Assembly (NCBI GenBank): GCA_038237645.1
Contig: JBBRYN010000001.1
Location: 55,899-119,898, forward strand
DNA length: 64,000 nt
Origin: Mycobacteriales bacterium
GTDB lineage: Bacteria > Actinomycetota > Actinomycetes > Mycobacteriales > QHCA01
Direction of reading: 5' to 3'
Shown: in pieces, positions 1-11,178 of the stretch
Layout of the letters: every line of letters starts with the position of its first letter
Position numbering within the stretch: position 1 is the stretch's first letter
Notes under the pieces: model-generated
Seen by the model: the letters and a program-made list of their open reading frames with translations, nothing else
Databases searched by the model: none
Told to the model about the DNA's origin: nothing
Program-made: the position numbers and the translations under genes

Positions 1-1455
1 GGCGTAGAGCGGATTGCCCCCGGCCAACTCCGTCAGCCGATCGAGGCTTGCCTCGTTGACCGTCGTGGCGCCAAGGAGGGCGCCGAAGAGCCGGAGCACG
101 TCGGAGTCTCCCAGCGGTCGCAAGAACAGGGCATCGGCGGTCGCGTCACCGCACCAGTCAGGCAGCTTGTCGAACAGCTCCGGACGTGCCGTGGCAACGA
201 CGCAGAGCGGCAGCGCGATTGCCTCTGCGACCAGGGACTCCAGGAAGTGCAAGAGCGGCAGGTCCGCCCAGTGCAGGTCCTCCACGACGAGCACCGTCGG
301 CCCGTTGGCGGCCATCGCCAGCAGCACCGCCCGCCACACGGAGAGCATCTGCGCCTGCTCCACCGCTGCGGCCGGCAGTCCGACCAGGGGCGCCAGGGCA
401 GCCACCGCGATGGGTCGGTCGTCTGTGGCGACCAGCGGTGCAAGCATCCGGCGCAGCCGATTTCCGGCCTCGTCCGCCTGGTCGGTCTCCCGGATCCCTG
501 CTTCCGCCTTGAAGATCTCGCCGAGGGAAGAGAAGCTCGTCCATGCGCCGTAGGCCGGGCAGTGACCGACCCGCCACCGAACCAGCTGCTGCGGTTGCGC
601 GGTGACCCGTCGATGCAGCTCGCGAACCAGACGGCTCTTGCCGATGCCGGGCGGCCCGACAACAGCCAGCAGGTGCGGACGGCGTTCGCACAGCGCTGAC
701 CAGAGAATGTCCCAGGCGCGATCGAGGTCCTTGCCCCGCCCGACCAGCGGCGACAGGTCCGGCTCGTCCCGGGTCGGCCTGGAGACCAGCTCCCGGGCGA
801 GCCAGACCTCGACCGGTGCCGCCTTGCCCGGCACGTCCAGATCCGGTACGGCGTCGTACTCGATCAGATAGCTGGTCATCCGGTAGGTGCTCGCATCGAC
901 GAGAACCTCGTCGGGGGGCGCCACGGACTGTAGCCGCGACGCCAGGTTGACGACGTCGCCGGCCAGCAGCGCGTGCCCTTGGGTGCGCAGCGCGCTCAGG
1001 TCGGCAGCGGCCTCGCCGCTGGCCACGCCGACCCGCAACCGCATGAGGGTGTCGCCGACGAGCGGAGTACCGCCGAGTGTCCGTTGCAACTCCAGCCCGG
1101 TGCGCACGGCGCGGTACGGGTCGTTCTCGTGGGCGGTCGGTGCGCCGAAGACGACCATCACCGCGTCCCCGATGTATTTCTCGACTATGCCCCCGTACTG
1201 CTCGGCAATGCCCTTCACGGCGGCGAAGTACGCCGACTGGACCGCGCGGAGATCCTCCGGGTCGAGCCGCTCGGCCAATGCGGTGAAGCCCACCAGGTCG
1301 GCGAAGAGCACACTGACCTCGCGCCGTTGCACGTCGGTGACCGGCTCGTCGGGACCGCCGGTCGCCGACAGGTCGCCCAGCCGGGATCCGCAACTGGTGC
1401 AGAAGGGGAGCCCGGCGTCGACCAGGGCCGCGCAGCTCGGACAGCGGGGGTGCAT
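1..1455 (-). CDS. Class III adenylate/guanylate cyclase fused to a large AAA/STAND-type ATPase regulator (N-terminal 485 codons; continues past the left edge)
   Basis: Absent from the ORF track because it has no stop in the window. Hand translation of the minus strand from ATG 1455-1453 gives MHPRCPSCAALVDAGLPFCTSCGSRLG (double CxxC zinc ribbon). This is followed by the cyclase core VSVLFADLVGFTALAERL...KYIGDAVMVVFGAP and then Walker A VGPPGIGKS (about 640-665). The frame stays open to base 1. Confidence 0.8.
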   Translation of the reverse strand, partial: MHPRCPSCAALVDAGLPFCTSCGSRLGDLSATGGPDEPVTDVQRREVSVLFADLVGFTALAERLDPEDLRAVQSAYFAAVKGIAEQYGGIVEKYIGDAVMVVFGAPTAHENDPYRAVRTGLELQRTLGGTPLVGDTLMRLRVGVASGEAAADLSALRTQGHALLAGDVVNLASRLQSVAPPDEVLVDASTYRMTSYLIEYDAVPDLDVPGKAAPVEVWLARELVSRPTRDEPDLSPLVGRGKDLDRAWDILWSALCERRPHLLAVVGPPGIGKSRLVRELHRRVTAQPQQLVRWRVGHCPAYGAWTSFSSLGEIFKAEAGIRETDQADEAGNRLRRMLAPLVATDDRPIAVAALAPLVGLPAAAVEQAQMLSVWRAVLLAMAANGPTVLVVEDLHWADLPLLHFLESLVAEAIALPLCVVATARPELFDKLPDWCGDATADALFLRPLGDSDVLRLFGALLGATTVNEASLDRLTELAGGNPLYA

Positions 1456-1660
1456 CCGTGCGCCACACCACCCGCAGTAGCGGGCCGCGGACGAGCTGTC
1501 CCACGAGCAGGACGGGCAGCGGGTGATCAGCGCGGCGACCTCCGCCTCTGGTCGGAGATCACATCCTTTCAGTGGTGTCGGAAAGGCGACAGCGGTCTGG
1601 GCAGATCCCGGCTAGCGTCGGTCAGAACGATGACCGAGCAGTGTCCGAGGGAGGATCACG

Positions 1661-1840
1661 ATGCCGCAGGTGAAGCTGGCCAAGGACTGGGTGCGCTCGC
1701 CGACGAGGACCGAGGCTGCGGGCACCACCGTCACGGTCGACGACGACACCGCACGGTGGCTCGTCACCAACGGGTACGTCAAGTTCCCCGCGGGGGGGAC
1801 GCCGAGCTGGGTGCATATGACCCATCCAGGCGGCGGTTGA
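1661..1840 (+). CDS. Small hypothetical protein (59 aa), just below the ORF-track size cutoff
   Basis: ATG at 1661 is preceded by GGGAGG at 1649-1654 with a 6-nt spacer. Hand translation is MPQVKLAKDWVRSPTRTEAAGTTVTVDDDTARWLVTNGYVKFPAGGTPSWVHMTHPGGG, with TGA at 1838-1840. Third codon positions are almost all G/C, as in neighbouring genes. Confidence 0.55.
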   Translation: MPQVKLAKDWVRSPTRTEAAGTTVTVDDDTARWLVTNGYVKFPAGGTPSWVHMTHPGGG

Positions 1841-1851
1841 CTGCCTGACGA

Positions 1852-2541
1852 TCAGGCCGGCGCGCCGGCCCGCCGGCGCAATGCGGTGAGGTCGTCGACG
1901 GCGACCCGGCGCCCTTCCACGTGCAGCCAGCCTCGGTCGGCGAAAGTGCCGAGGGCCTGATTCACGCTCTGCCGGGAGCCGCCGACCATCTCGGCGAGCT
2001 GGGTCTGGCTGAGGTCGATGACGACGGGTTCCCGGCTGGCTGCGCCGGCGAGGCGCACCAGGGTCTTGGCCACCCGCCCGGCGAGGTCAAGAAACACGTA
2101 GTCCGCAGTCTGGTCGGTAAGGCGGCGCACCAGCCCGCCCAGCGAGCGCAGGACCGCCTCGAGCAACGCCGGCTGGTGGTGCACCAATTCGAGGAATGCC
2201 GGCCGGGACAGCGACAACGCCGTGGTGTCCTCAAGCGCCTCGGCGCAGGCCGAGCGGGCCGCCCCGTCGAGGAGGGCGACCTCACCGAGGACGTCGGGGG
2301 GGCGGATGACGGTGAGCAGTGCTCGTTCGCCCGATGGTGCGGAGAGGAAGACCGAGACAGCGCCGGTGAGCATCACCAGGAGTGAGTCGCCGGGGTCGCC
2401 CTCGACGAAGAGCAGCTGACCACGCCGATAAGAACGGGGGACGGTCGCGGCGGCGACCCGCCCCCGCAACTGGCGGTCGAGGCCGGCGAAGACGTCGACG
2501 CCTGCAAGAAGGTCGGCGGGATCGATCTGCGGCGAGGCCAT
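1852..2541 (-). CDS. Crp/Fnr-family transcriptional regulator (cNMP-binding domain plus C-terminal HTH)
   Basis: The ORF-track protein has a cNMP-binding region (FVEGDPGDSLLVMLTGAV...LGEVALLDG) and an HTH (SQTQLAEMVGGSRQSVNQALGTF). The ATG at 2541 has AGGAG 10 nt upstream. The track start, GTG at 2550, sits only 1 nt after that AGGAG. Confidence 0.85.
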   Translation of the reverse strand: MASPQIDPADLLAGVDVFAGLDRQLRGRVAAATVPRSYRRGQLLFVEGDPGDSLLVMLTGAVSVFLSAPSGERALLTVIRPPDVLGEVALLDGAARSACAEALEDTTALSLSRPAFLELVHHQPALLEAVLRSLGGLVRRLTDQTADYVFLDLAGRVAKTLVRLAGAASREPVVIDLSQTQLAEMVGGSRQSVNQALGTFADRGWLHVEGRRVAVDDLTALRRRAGAPA

Positions 2542-2628
2542 ATTGCCCACGCTCCTGTCAGGTGTCCAACACTGTCTGCAACATCCTCCTCTCGTCTGTG
2601 GTCCGGCGGAGGTGGTTCCCCCTGGATC

Positions 2629-4119
2629 TCAGCTGATGGCCGGCGTCTCGGCCCATCCCTTCGTGCGCTCCACCGCAACTCGCCATCGCTGGTGCTGGCC
2701 GTCGTCGCGAGCCCCCTGGCGAGGATCGAAGCGGCGGTCCAGCCGCCAGGTCTCCTTCAGCTCGTCGGTGGACGACCACACACCGGTGGCCAGGCCGGCC
2801 AGGAAAGCCGCCCCGAGCGCGGTCGTCTCGGTGACCTGCGGGCGGCGGACGGGCACGCCCAGCTGATCGGACTGCAGTTGGCAGAGCAGGTCGTTGGTGC
2901 TGGCCCCCCCGTCGACCGAGAGCTCACCGAGCGGCAGCCGAGCGTCTCCGGTCATCACGTCGACCACATCGCGCACCTCGAAGGCGATCGCCTCGAGCGT
3001 GGCCCGAGCGACATGGGCTCTCGTGGTGCCGCGGGTGATACCGAAGACGGCTCCGCGCGCCTGTGGGTCCCAGTCGGGCGCCCCCAGCCCGGTCAGCGCC
3101 GGGACGAACACCAGACCACCGGAGTCTGGCACGCTGCAAGCCAGCGCTTCCACCTCAGCTGCCTGGCCGATGATGCCCAACCCGTCGCGCAACCATTGCA
3201 CCGCGGCGCCGGTGACGAAGATGGCGCCTTCCAGCGCGTATTTCGGCCCCGAGCCGAGGTCCCACGCCACCGTGGTCAGCAGCCCGTGCTGCGACCGGAC
3301 GGCCCGATCCCCGGTGTTGACCAGCACGAACGACCCGGTGCCGTAGGTGCATTTCGACTGACCTTCGGCGAAGCATGCCTGGCCGAACAACGCGGCCTGC
3401 TGGTCGCCCGCGAGGCCGGCCAACGGGAGGTCGAGGCCGAGGAAGGCGGCCGGATCGGTGCGGCCGATTTCACCGGAGCTGGGCACCACCTTGGGGAGGG
3501 CCGCCATCGGCACGTCGAACAGCTCGCACAGCTCCGCCGACCAACCACCGGCGAAGGTGTCGTAGAGCAGGGTCCGACTGGCGTTCGACGGGTCGGTGAC
3601 GTGCCGCACACCGCCGGTGAGCCGCGCCACGACATAAGAGTCGACGGTGCCGAGGCAGGTGTTGCCCGCGTGCACGCCTGCCCACGCCTGCTCGTCGTGC
3701 TGGGCCAACCAGGACAGCTTCGTGGCGGTGAAGTAGGGATCCAGGCGTAGCCCGGTGAGTTCGGTCACCCGCTCCTCATGACCCGCCGCCCGCCACTGCT
3801 GACAGAGCGCGGCAGTGCGCCGGTCCTGCCACACGACGGCTCGCCGCGGTGCGGCCAGCGTTATGCGATCCCAGAGCACAGCTGTCTCACGTTGGTTGGT
3901 CACTCCCACGCAGGTCGGTGCCTCTGCGCCGGCTTCGACCGCCTGCCGGCACGCCGAGAGCACCGCCTGCCAGATCTGCTCGGGCTCGTGCTCGACCCAT
4001 CCGGGCCGTGGGAAATGCTGGGGAAACTCCTCGTAGCCCCGGGCGTGGACCGTGCCGTCCACGGCGACGAGAATCGCTGTCACGCCGGTGGTCCCGGCGT
4101 CGATCGCCAGCACAGTCAT
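2629..4119 (-). CDS. glpK: Glycerol kinase (FGGY family)
   Basis: 496-aa ORF with MTVLAIDAGTTGVTA..., GWVEHEPEQIW, GVTNQRET, DQQAALFGQ and SVDGGAS, a typical GlpK pattern along the full length. Confidence 0.93.
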   Translation of the reverse strand: MTVLAIDAGTTGVTAILVAVDGTVHARGYEEFPQHFPRPGWVEHEPEQIWQAVLSACRQAVEAGAEAPTCVGVTNQRETAVLWDRITLAAPRRAVVWQDRRTAALCQQWRAAGHEERVTELTGLRLDPYFTATKLSWLAQHDEQAWAGVHAGNTCLGTVDSYVVARLTGGVRHVTDPSNASRTLLYDTFAGGWSAELCELFDVPMAALPKVVPSSGEIGRTDPAAFLGLDLPLAGLAGDQQAALFGQACFAEGQSKCTYGTGSFVLVNTGDRAVRSQHGLLTTVAWDLGSGPKYALEGAIFVTGAAVQWLRDGLGIIGQAAEVEALACSVPDSGGLVFVPALTGLGAPDWDPQARGAVFGITRGTTRAHVARATLEAIAFEVRDVVDVMTGDARLPLGELSVDGGASTNDLLCQLQSDQLGVPVRRPQVTETTALGAAFLAGLATGVWSSTDELKETWRLDRRFDPRQGARDDGQHQRWRVAVERTKGWAETPAIS

Positions 4120-4934
4120 CCGCCGACCGCCTCGCGCAACTTGTCGAGCACCAGCGGGTCGATGGCCCCGGGGAGTGCCCGCTCCTCATAGTTCTCCACT
4201 CCCATCCAGGTCTCCAGGTCCGGTTGGCCGAGGGCGTCGAGATGGCGGCGCACCTCGTCGGCGACCTCGCCTTGCAGGGGAAGGCTGCTGGCCGGGTCAG
4301 GTCTGCCGAAGTGCAACTCGTGCAGCGCCAGCAGCCGCACCAATTCGGTCACCGGCGCCGCGTGGTCGTCGACGCGGAGGTCCACCAGGACATCGCTGCC
4401 GCCGCCGTAGCCGCTACCCGGAGACACCACATAGACCGCCGCGCTCTGCCGCCCCCGGGCGTCACCACCGGCCTTGTCTCCGGCGGCGAGGGCCTCGATC
4501 AGCCGCGTTGCCAGCGGTGCGCCAGGATTGGCGGCCAGCCAGGTCTGCTCCATCTCCTGCGCGACCTCGGCACCGGTCAGGATGTTGCCCTGGCAGGCAT
4601 AGCCGGGCCCGCCGCATCCACCGGCCCAGGCGTTGCAGTCGGCACCGGTGAAGGTGGCGCCGTCGCCGTCCGGCCCGACCACGCCGATCTGCCGGGTCTG
4701 GCGGCCTGGGTCGGCAGCGATCAGTCCGGCGATGACGTGTTCGGCGGGAACGCCGGTCCGCAACAGCGCAAGCGCCTGAGGCCGAAAGGCGAGGTTGGCC
4801 AAGGCCTGGGTCGCGACCGCCCCGACGCCCACTTCGGCGGCCGGGACGGCACTGCCGACGGCGAGGAACTTGCTGGCGACCGCCACGCCGTACGACTGCC
4901 CGTCCAGGCCGCGTGCCACGATGGAAAACGTCAT
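4116..4934 (-). CDS. DUF1028 (Ntn-hydrolase-fold) protein with a C-terminal peptidoglycan-binding-like tail
   Basis: Shows MTFSIVARGLDGQSYGVAVASKFLAVGSAVPAAEVGVGAVATQA, the characteristic DUF1028 N-terminus. Its stop overlaps the glpK ATG (ATGA at 4116-4119). Confidence 0.75.
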   Translation of the reverse strand: MTFSIVARGLDGQSYGVAVASKFLAVGSAVPAAEVGVGAVATQALANLAFRPQALALLRTGVPAEHVIAGLIAADPGRQTRQIGVVGPDGDGATFTGADCNAWAGGCGGPGYACQGNILTGAEVAQEMEQTWLAANPGAPLATRLIEALAAGDKAGGDARGRQSAAVYVVSPGSGYGGGSDVLVDLRVDDHAAPVTELVRLLALHELHFGRPDPASSLPLQGEVADEVRRHLDALGQPDLETWMGVENYEERALPGAIDPLVLDKLREAVGG

Positions 4935-4951
4935 GGCCGGACGATAGTGCG

Positions 4952-6031
4952 CTACCGGCCGGGCTCGAACCAGAATGGCCTGGCGGCGAACCGCAGCTCC
5001 TCGTGGTAGGGCGGATGGCGGCGCCCCCGGTCGTCGCGGTCGGCGGACTCGAGGACAGCCCGTATCGCGTGGCGGTCGCCGATCGCGGCGGGCCCAGCCT
5101 CCGCCCGGGCCACCGGAAGCGCCCGCTCAGGCCGGTCGGGTCGCCAGCGGACGAGCACGACCGAGGGCGCCGGTGCCGGCCACAGTCGCAAGGTGAGCCC
5201 GCGCCAGTCGAACCTGTCGGGCTCAGGCAGCGGTGTTGCGCCCATCCTGGTGAGGGAAGCCGCCGTGCCCCGGCCACGGAGGGGAGCGAGATGGAGGTCG
5301 ATGGAGGAAGGGCGAACCCTCCCGGGCGACCAGACCGCCCGGGCCGACGAGCCGGTCAAGGCGACCTTCGGGTAAGGCCAGTCGTGCGAGAGTTCCTCGA
5401 GCAGGGCTCGGAGAGCGTCGGGGGCAGGGCCGGCCAGCTGGACCGGCAGCCGATCGGCAAGCGGCACCCGCAGTCGAGCGAGCCGTCGGGCCAGCAACCG
5501 ATTGCTCGCCTGCCGGTCGGCCGCCAGCCAGGCCCGGATGGCCTGGTCGTCGGACGCAATCAGCTGCTCGTGCTGGGCCTGCTGCTTGGCGCGCTCCGCG
5601 CGCCGCGTCGCCCGCACCTCGCTCCGGCGTTCTCGCGCCGTGATCGGGGACCTGGACAGCCGCTCGGCGGCCTCCCGGGCCGCGGCATTCTCGCGTACCC
5701 GACGTGCGCCGTCTGCCGAGTCGGCCCGCCGACGTGCAGACTTCCGACCGGCCAGCTCGCACGCCGCTGCGCGGCCCGGTGTCGCGCCGCATGTTGTCAA
5801 CCGCAGCTCCCAGCGCAGGCCACAGAACCCCAGCAGCCGCTGGAGGAGGCCGACAGGCGGGTCGACCCGACGTGCTTCGATCCGGGCGATCAGCGACTGT
5901 GACACAGTCGCGCGTCTGGCCAGGTCGCGTTGACTGAGTCGAGCCAGCCGGCGGCCGTGGCGTAACGCCGCTACGGCGTCGAGCCCGTCGACCTCCCGAG
6001 CGGCAGCCGATCGATGCAGCCCGTTCGCCAC
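4952..6031 (-). CDS. XRE-family HTH protein with an Arg/Glu-rich central region and an uncharacterised C-terminal domain
   Basis: N-terminus is LRHGRRLARLSQRDLARRATVSQSLIARIEARRVDPPVGLLQRLL (HTH_XRE pattern). It lies 17 nt upstream of the DUF1028 gene on the same strand. Confidence 0.65.
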   Translation of the reverse strand: MANGLHRSAAAREVDGLDAVAALRHGRRLARLSQRDLARRATVSQSLIARIEARRVDPPVGLLQRLLGFCGLRWELRLTTCGATPGRAAACELAGRKSARRRADSADGARRVRENAAAREAAERLSRSPITARERRSEVRATRRAERAKQQAQHEQLIASDDQAIRAWLAADRQASNRLLARRLARLRVPLADRLPVQLAGPAPDALRALLEELSHDWPYPKVALTGSSARAVWSPGRVRPSSIDLHLAPLRGRGTAASLTRMGATPLPEPDRFDWRGLTLRLWPAPAPSVVLVRWRPDRPERALPVARAEAGPAAIGDRHAIRAVLESADRDDRGRRHPPYHEELRFAARPFWFEPGR

Positions 6032-6063
6032 GTACCGACCCTCCCGCTAGCCCGAATCGTCTG

Positions 6064-6112
6064 GATGAACCTATGGGGTGAGTCGCCGAGCGACTCACCC
6101 CATAGGTTCATC
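6064..6112. repeat. Perfect 23-bp inverted repeat with a 3-nt centre in the divergent HTH / exoribonuclease intergenic region
   Basis: GATGAACCTATGGGGTGAGTCGC-cga-GCGACTCACCCCATAGGTTCATC, checked pair by pair with 23/23 complementary. It lies about 30 nt upstream of the HTH gene start (6031) and about 90 nt upstream of the exoribonuclease start. Confidence 0.95.
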
Positions 6113-6202
6113 TGTGGAAGGCGGCCCTGCTGTGGACGGCAAGCGAATCGTCCGCAGTCGCACGACTCGGCCGTGCATCTGGTCCGGTACGGTCGGTCGG
6201 TG

Positions 6203-6712
6203 GTGCGACGGGTCTTCTATGACTGCGAGTTCATCGAGGACGGACGAACCATCGACCTCGTGTCGATCGGCGCGGTCGATGAAGAGGGCCGAGAGTTCTA
6301 CGCAGTCTCCACCGAATTCGACCCGAACAAGGCGATCCCCTGGGTACGGGACAACGTCCTGGAAAAGCTGCCACCGCCGGCTGATGCCAGGTGGCGATCC
6401 CTGGAGACCCTCTGCGCCGACTTGCTTTCCTTTCTCACCGAACCGGGCGAGGCTCTGGAGCTGTGGGCGTGGTACGCCGCCTACGACCATGTCGCGCTTT
6501 GCCAACTGTGGGGTGCGATGCCCGCATTGCCACGGGTGGTACCGAGATTCACCAAAGACCTCCGGCAGCGATGGGACGACCTCGGCCGGCCCGCGCTGCC
6601 GCCCGCGCCGTCGGATCAGCACGACTCGCTCGCCGACGCCCGGCACAACCTCGAGCGATGGCTGACAATGGAGGAGCATCGGGGGAGGCACGGTTGGGGC
6701 AACGGCGAGTGA
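6203..6712 (+). CDS. 3'-5' exoribonuclease, Rv2179c-like (DEDD fold)
   Basis: VRRVFYDCEFIEDGRTIDLVSIGAVDEEGREFYAVSTEFDP...ELWAWYAAYDHVALCQLWG...PRFTKDLRQ closely tracks my recollection of M. tuberculosis Rv2179c (MRYFYDTEFIEDGRTIELISIG...). The track ORF (6014) is an upstream extension. GTG at 6203 (or 6200) was chosen to match the Rv2179c N-terminus. Confidence 0.85.
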   Translation: MRRVFYDCEFIEDGRTIDLVSIGAVDEEGREFYAVSTEFDPNKAIPWVRDNVLEKLPPPADARWRSLETLCADLLSFLTEPGEALELWAWYAAYDHVALCQLWGAMPALPRVVPRFTKDLRQRWDDLGRPALPPAPSDQHDSLADARHNLERWLTMEEHRGRHGWGNGE

Positions 6713-6729
6713 CTCGCTACCGTTTGCCC

Positions 6730-10124
<3,395 letters not shown>

Positions 10125-10128
<4 letters not shown>

Positions 10129-11147
10129 CTGTCCGGGTCTCCCCGGCCCAACAGCGGCGGGAGCTGTCGGACCGCGGTCGCCAGCTCGGCCAGCGTCTCG
10201 CCGTGCAGGGCCTGCGGGCCATCGCAGCGCGCCTGCTCCGGGTGGGCATGCACGTCGACCATGACACCGTCGGCCCCCGCCGCGATGGCGGCCCGGGCCA
10301 GAGGCACGACCAGGTCGAGCCGGCCGGCGGCATGCGACGGGTCGACGATCACCGGCAGATGGGATAAGCCATGCACCATCGGAACGGCCGAGATGTCGAG
10401 CATGTTGCGGATGCTGGTCTCGAACCCGCGCACCCCCCGCTCGCACAGCACGATGTCGAGGTTGCCGCGCTGGGCGACGTATTCCGCCGCCATTAACCAC
10501 TCTTCGTAGGTCGCGGTGAGCCCTCGCTTCAGCAGGACCGGTTTGCCTACCGAGCCGACAGCTTGCAGCAGCCCGAAGTTCTGCATGTTGCGGGTGCCGA
10601 TCTGCAACATGTCGGCGTACTCGGCGACCGCGGTGACGTCGGTGGCGTCGACGATCTCGGTCACCACGGGTAGGCCGGTCGCCTGGCTCACCTCCGCCAG
10701 GATCTTCAGTCCTTCGACGCCCAGGCCCTGAAAGGCGTAGGGCGAGGTCCGAGGCTTGAAGGCTCCGCCGCGCAGCAGCCGGGCTCCAGCGCCCTTTGCC
10801 AGCTCGGCCGCCTCGTGGGTCTGCTCAAGGGACTCCACGGCGCAGGGACCGGCGATCAACGTGAAGGTGTCGGGGCCGATGGGAACTCCGCCGACATGCA
10901 CCGTGCTTGTGTGCGGGTGGTTCTCGCGGCTCACCAGCTTGTACGGGGCGGTGATCCGGACGATGTCGGCCACGCCGGGCATCGTCAGCCCGTCGAGTGC
11001 CTCAAGCACTTCCTCGCCGGCGACGACGCCGATGATCGTGCGGCTCACCCCGCGGGAGACGAAGGCACTCCCGCCCGCCTTACGCACCGCGAGGACGACC
11101 TCGTCGAGGGCGCCTTCGCCGGCGCCGGGCTGCATGATGATGACCAT
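10125..11147 (-). CDS. Type I-beta DAHP synthase with an N-terminal ferredoxin-like regulatory domain
   Basis: IAGPCAVES, LRGGAFKPRTSPYAFQGLG, VLLKRGL, VLCERGVRGFE, VDPSHAAG, preceded by an extension of about 70 aa. Its stop (TAA) overlaps the ltaE stop (TAG) within TTAG at 10125-10128. Confidence 0.88.
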
Positions 11148-11178
11148 TGCGACGATCCTCGCACGGAGGCGATGCCGG

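Noticed and set aside
2559-2574. Small palindrome GTGT-cca-ACAC upstream of the Crp/Fnr gene start as an autoregulatory site.
   Set aside because: It has 4-bp arms only, its flanks do not extend the symmetry, and it overlaps the ribosome-binding region. It is too weak to call.
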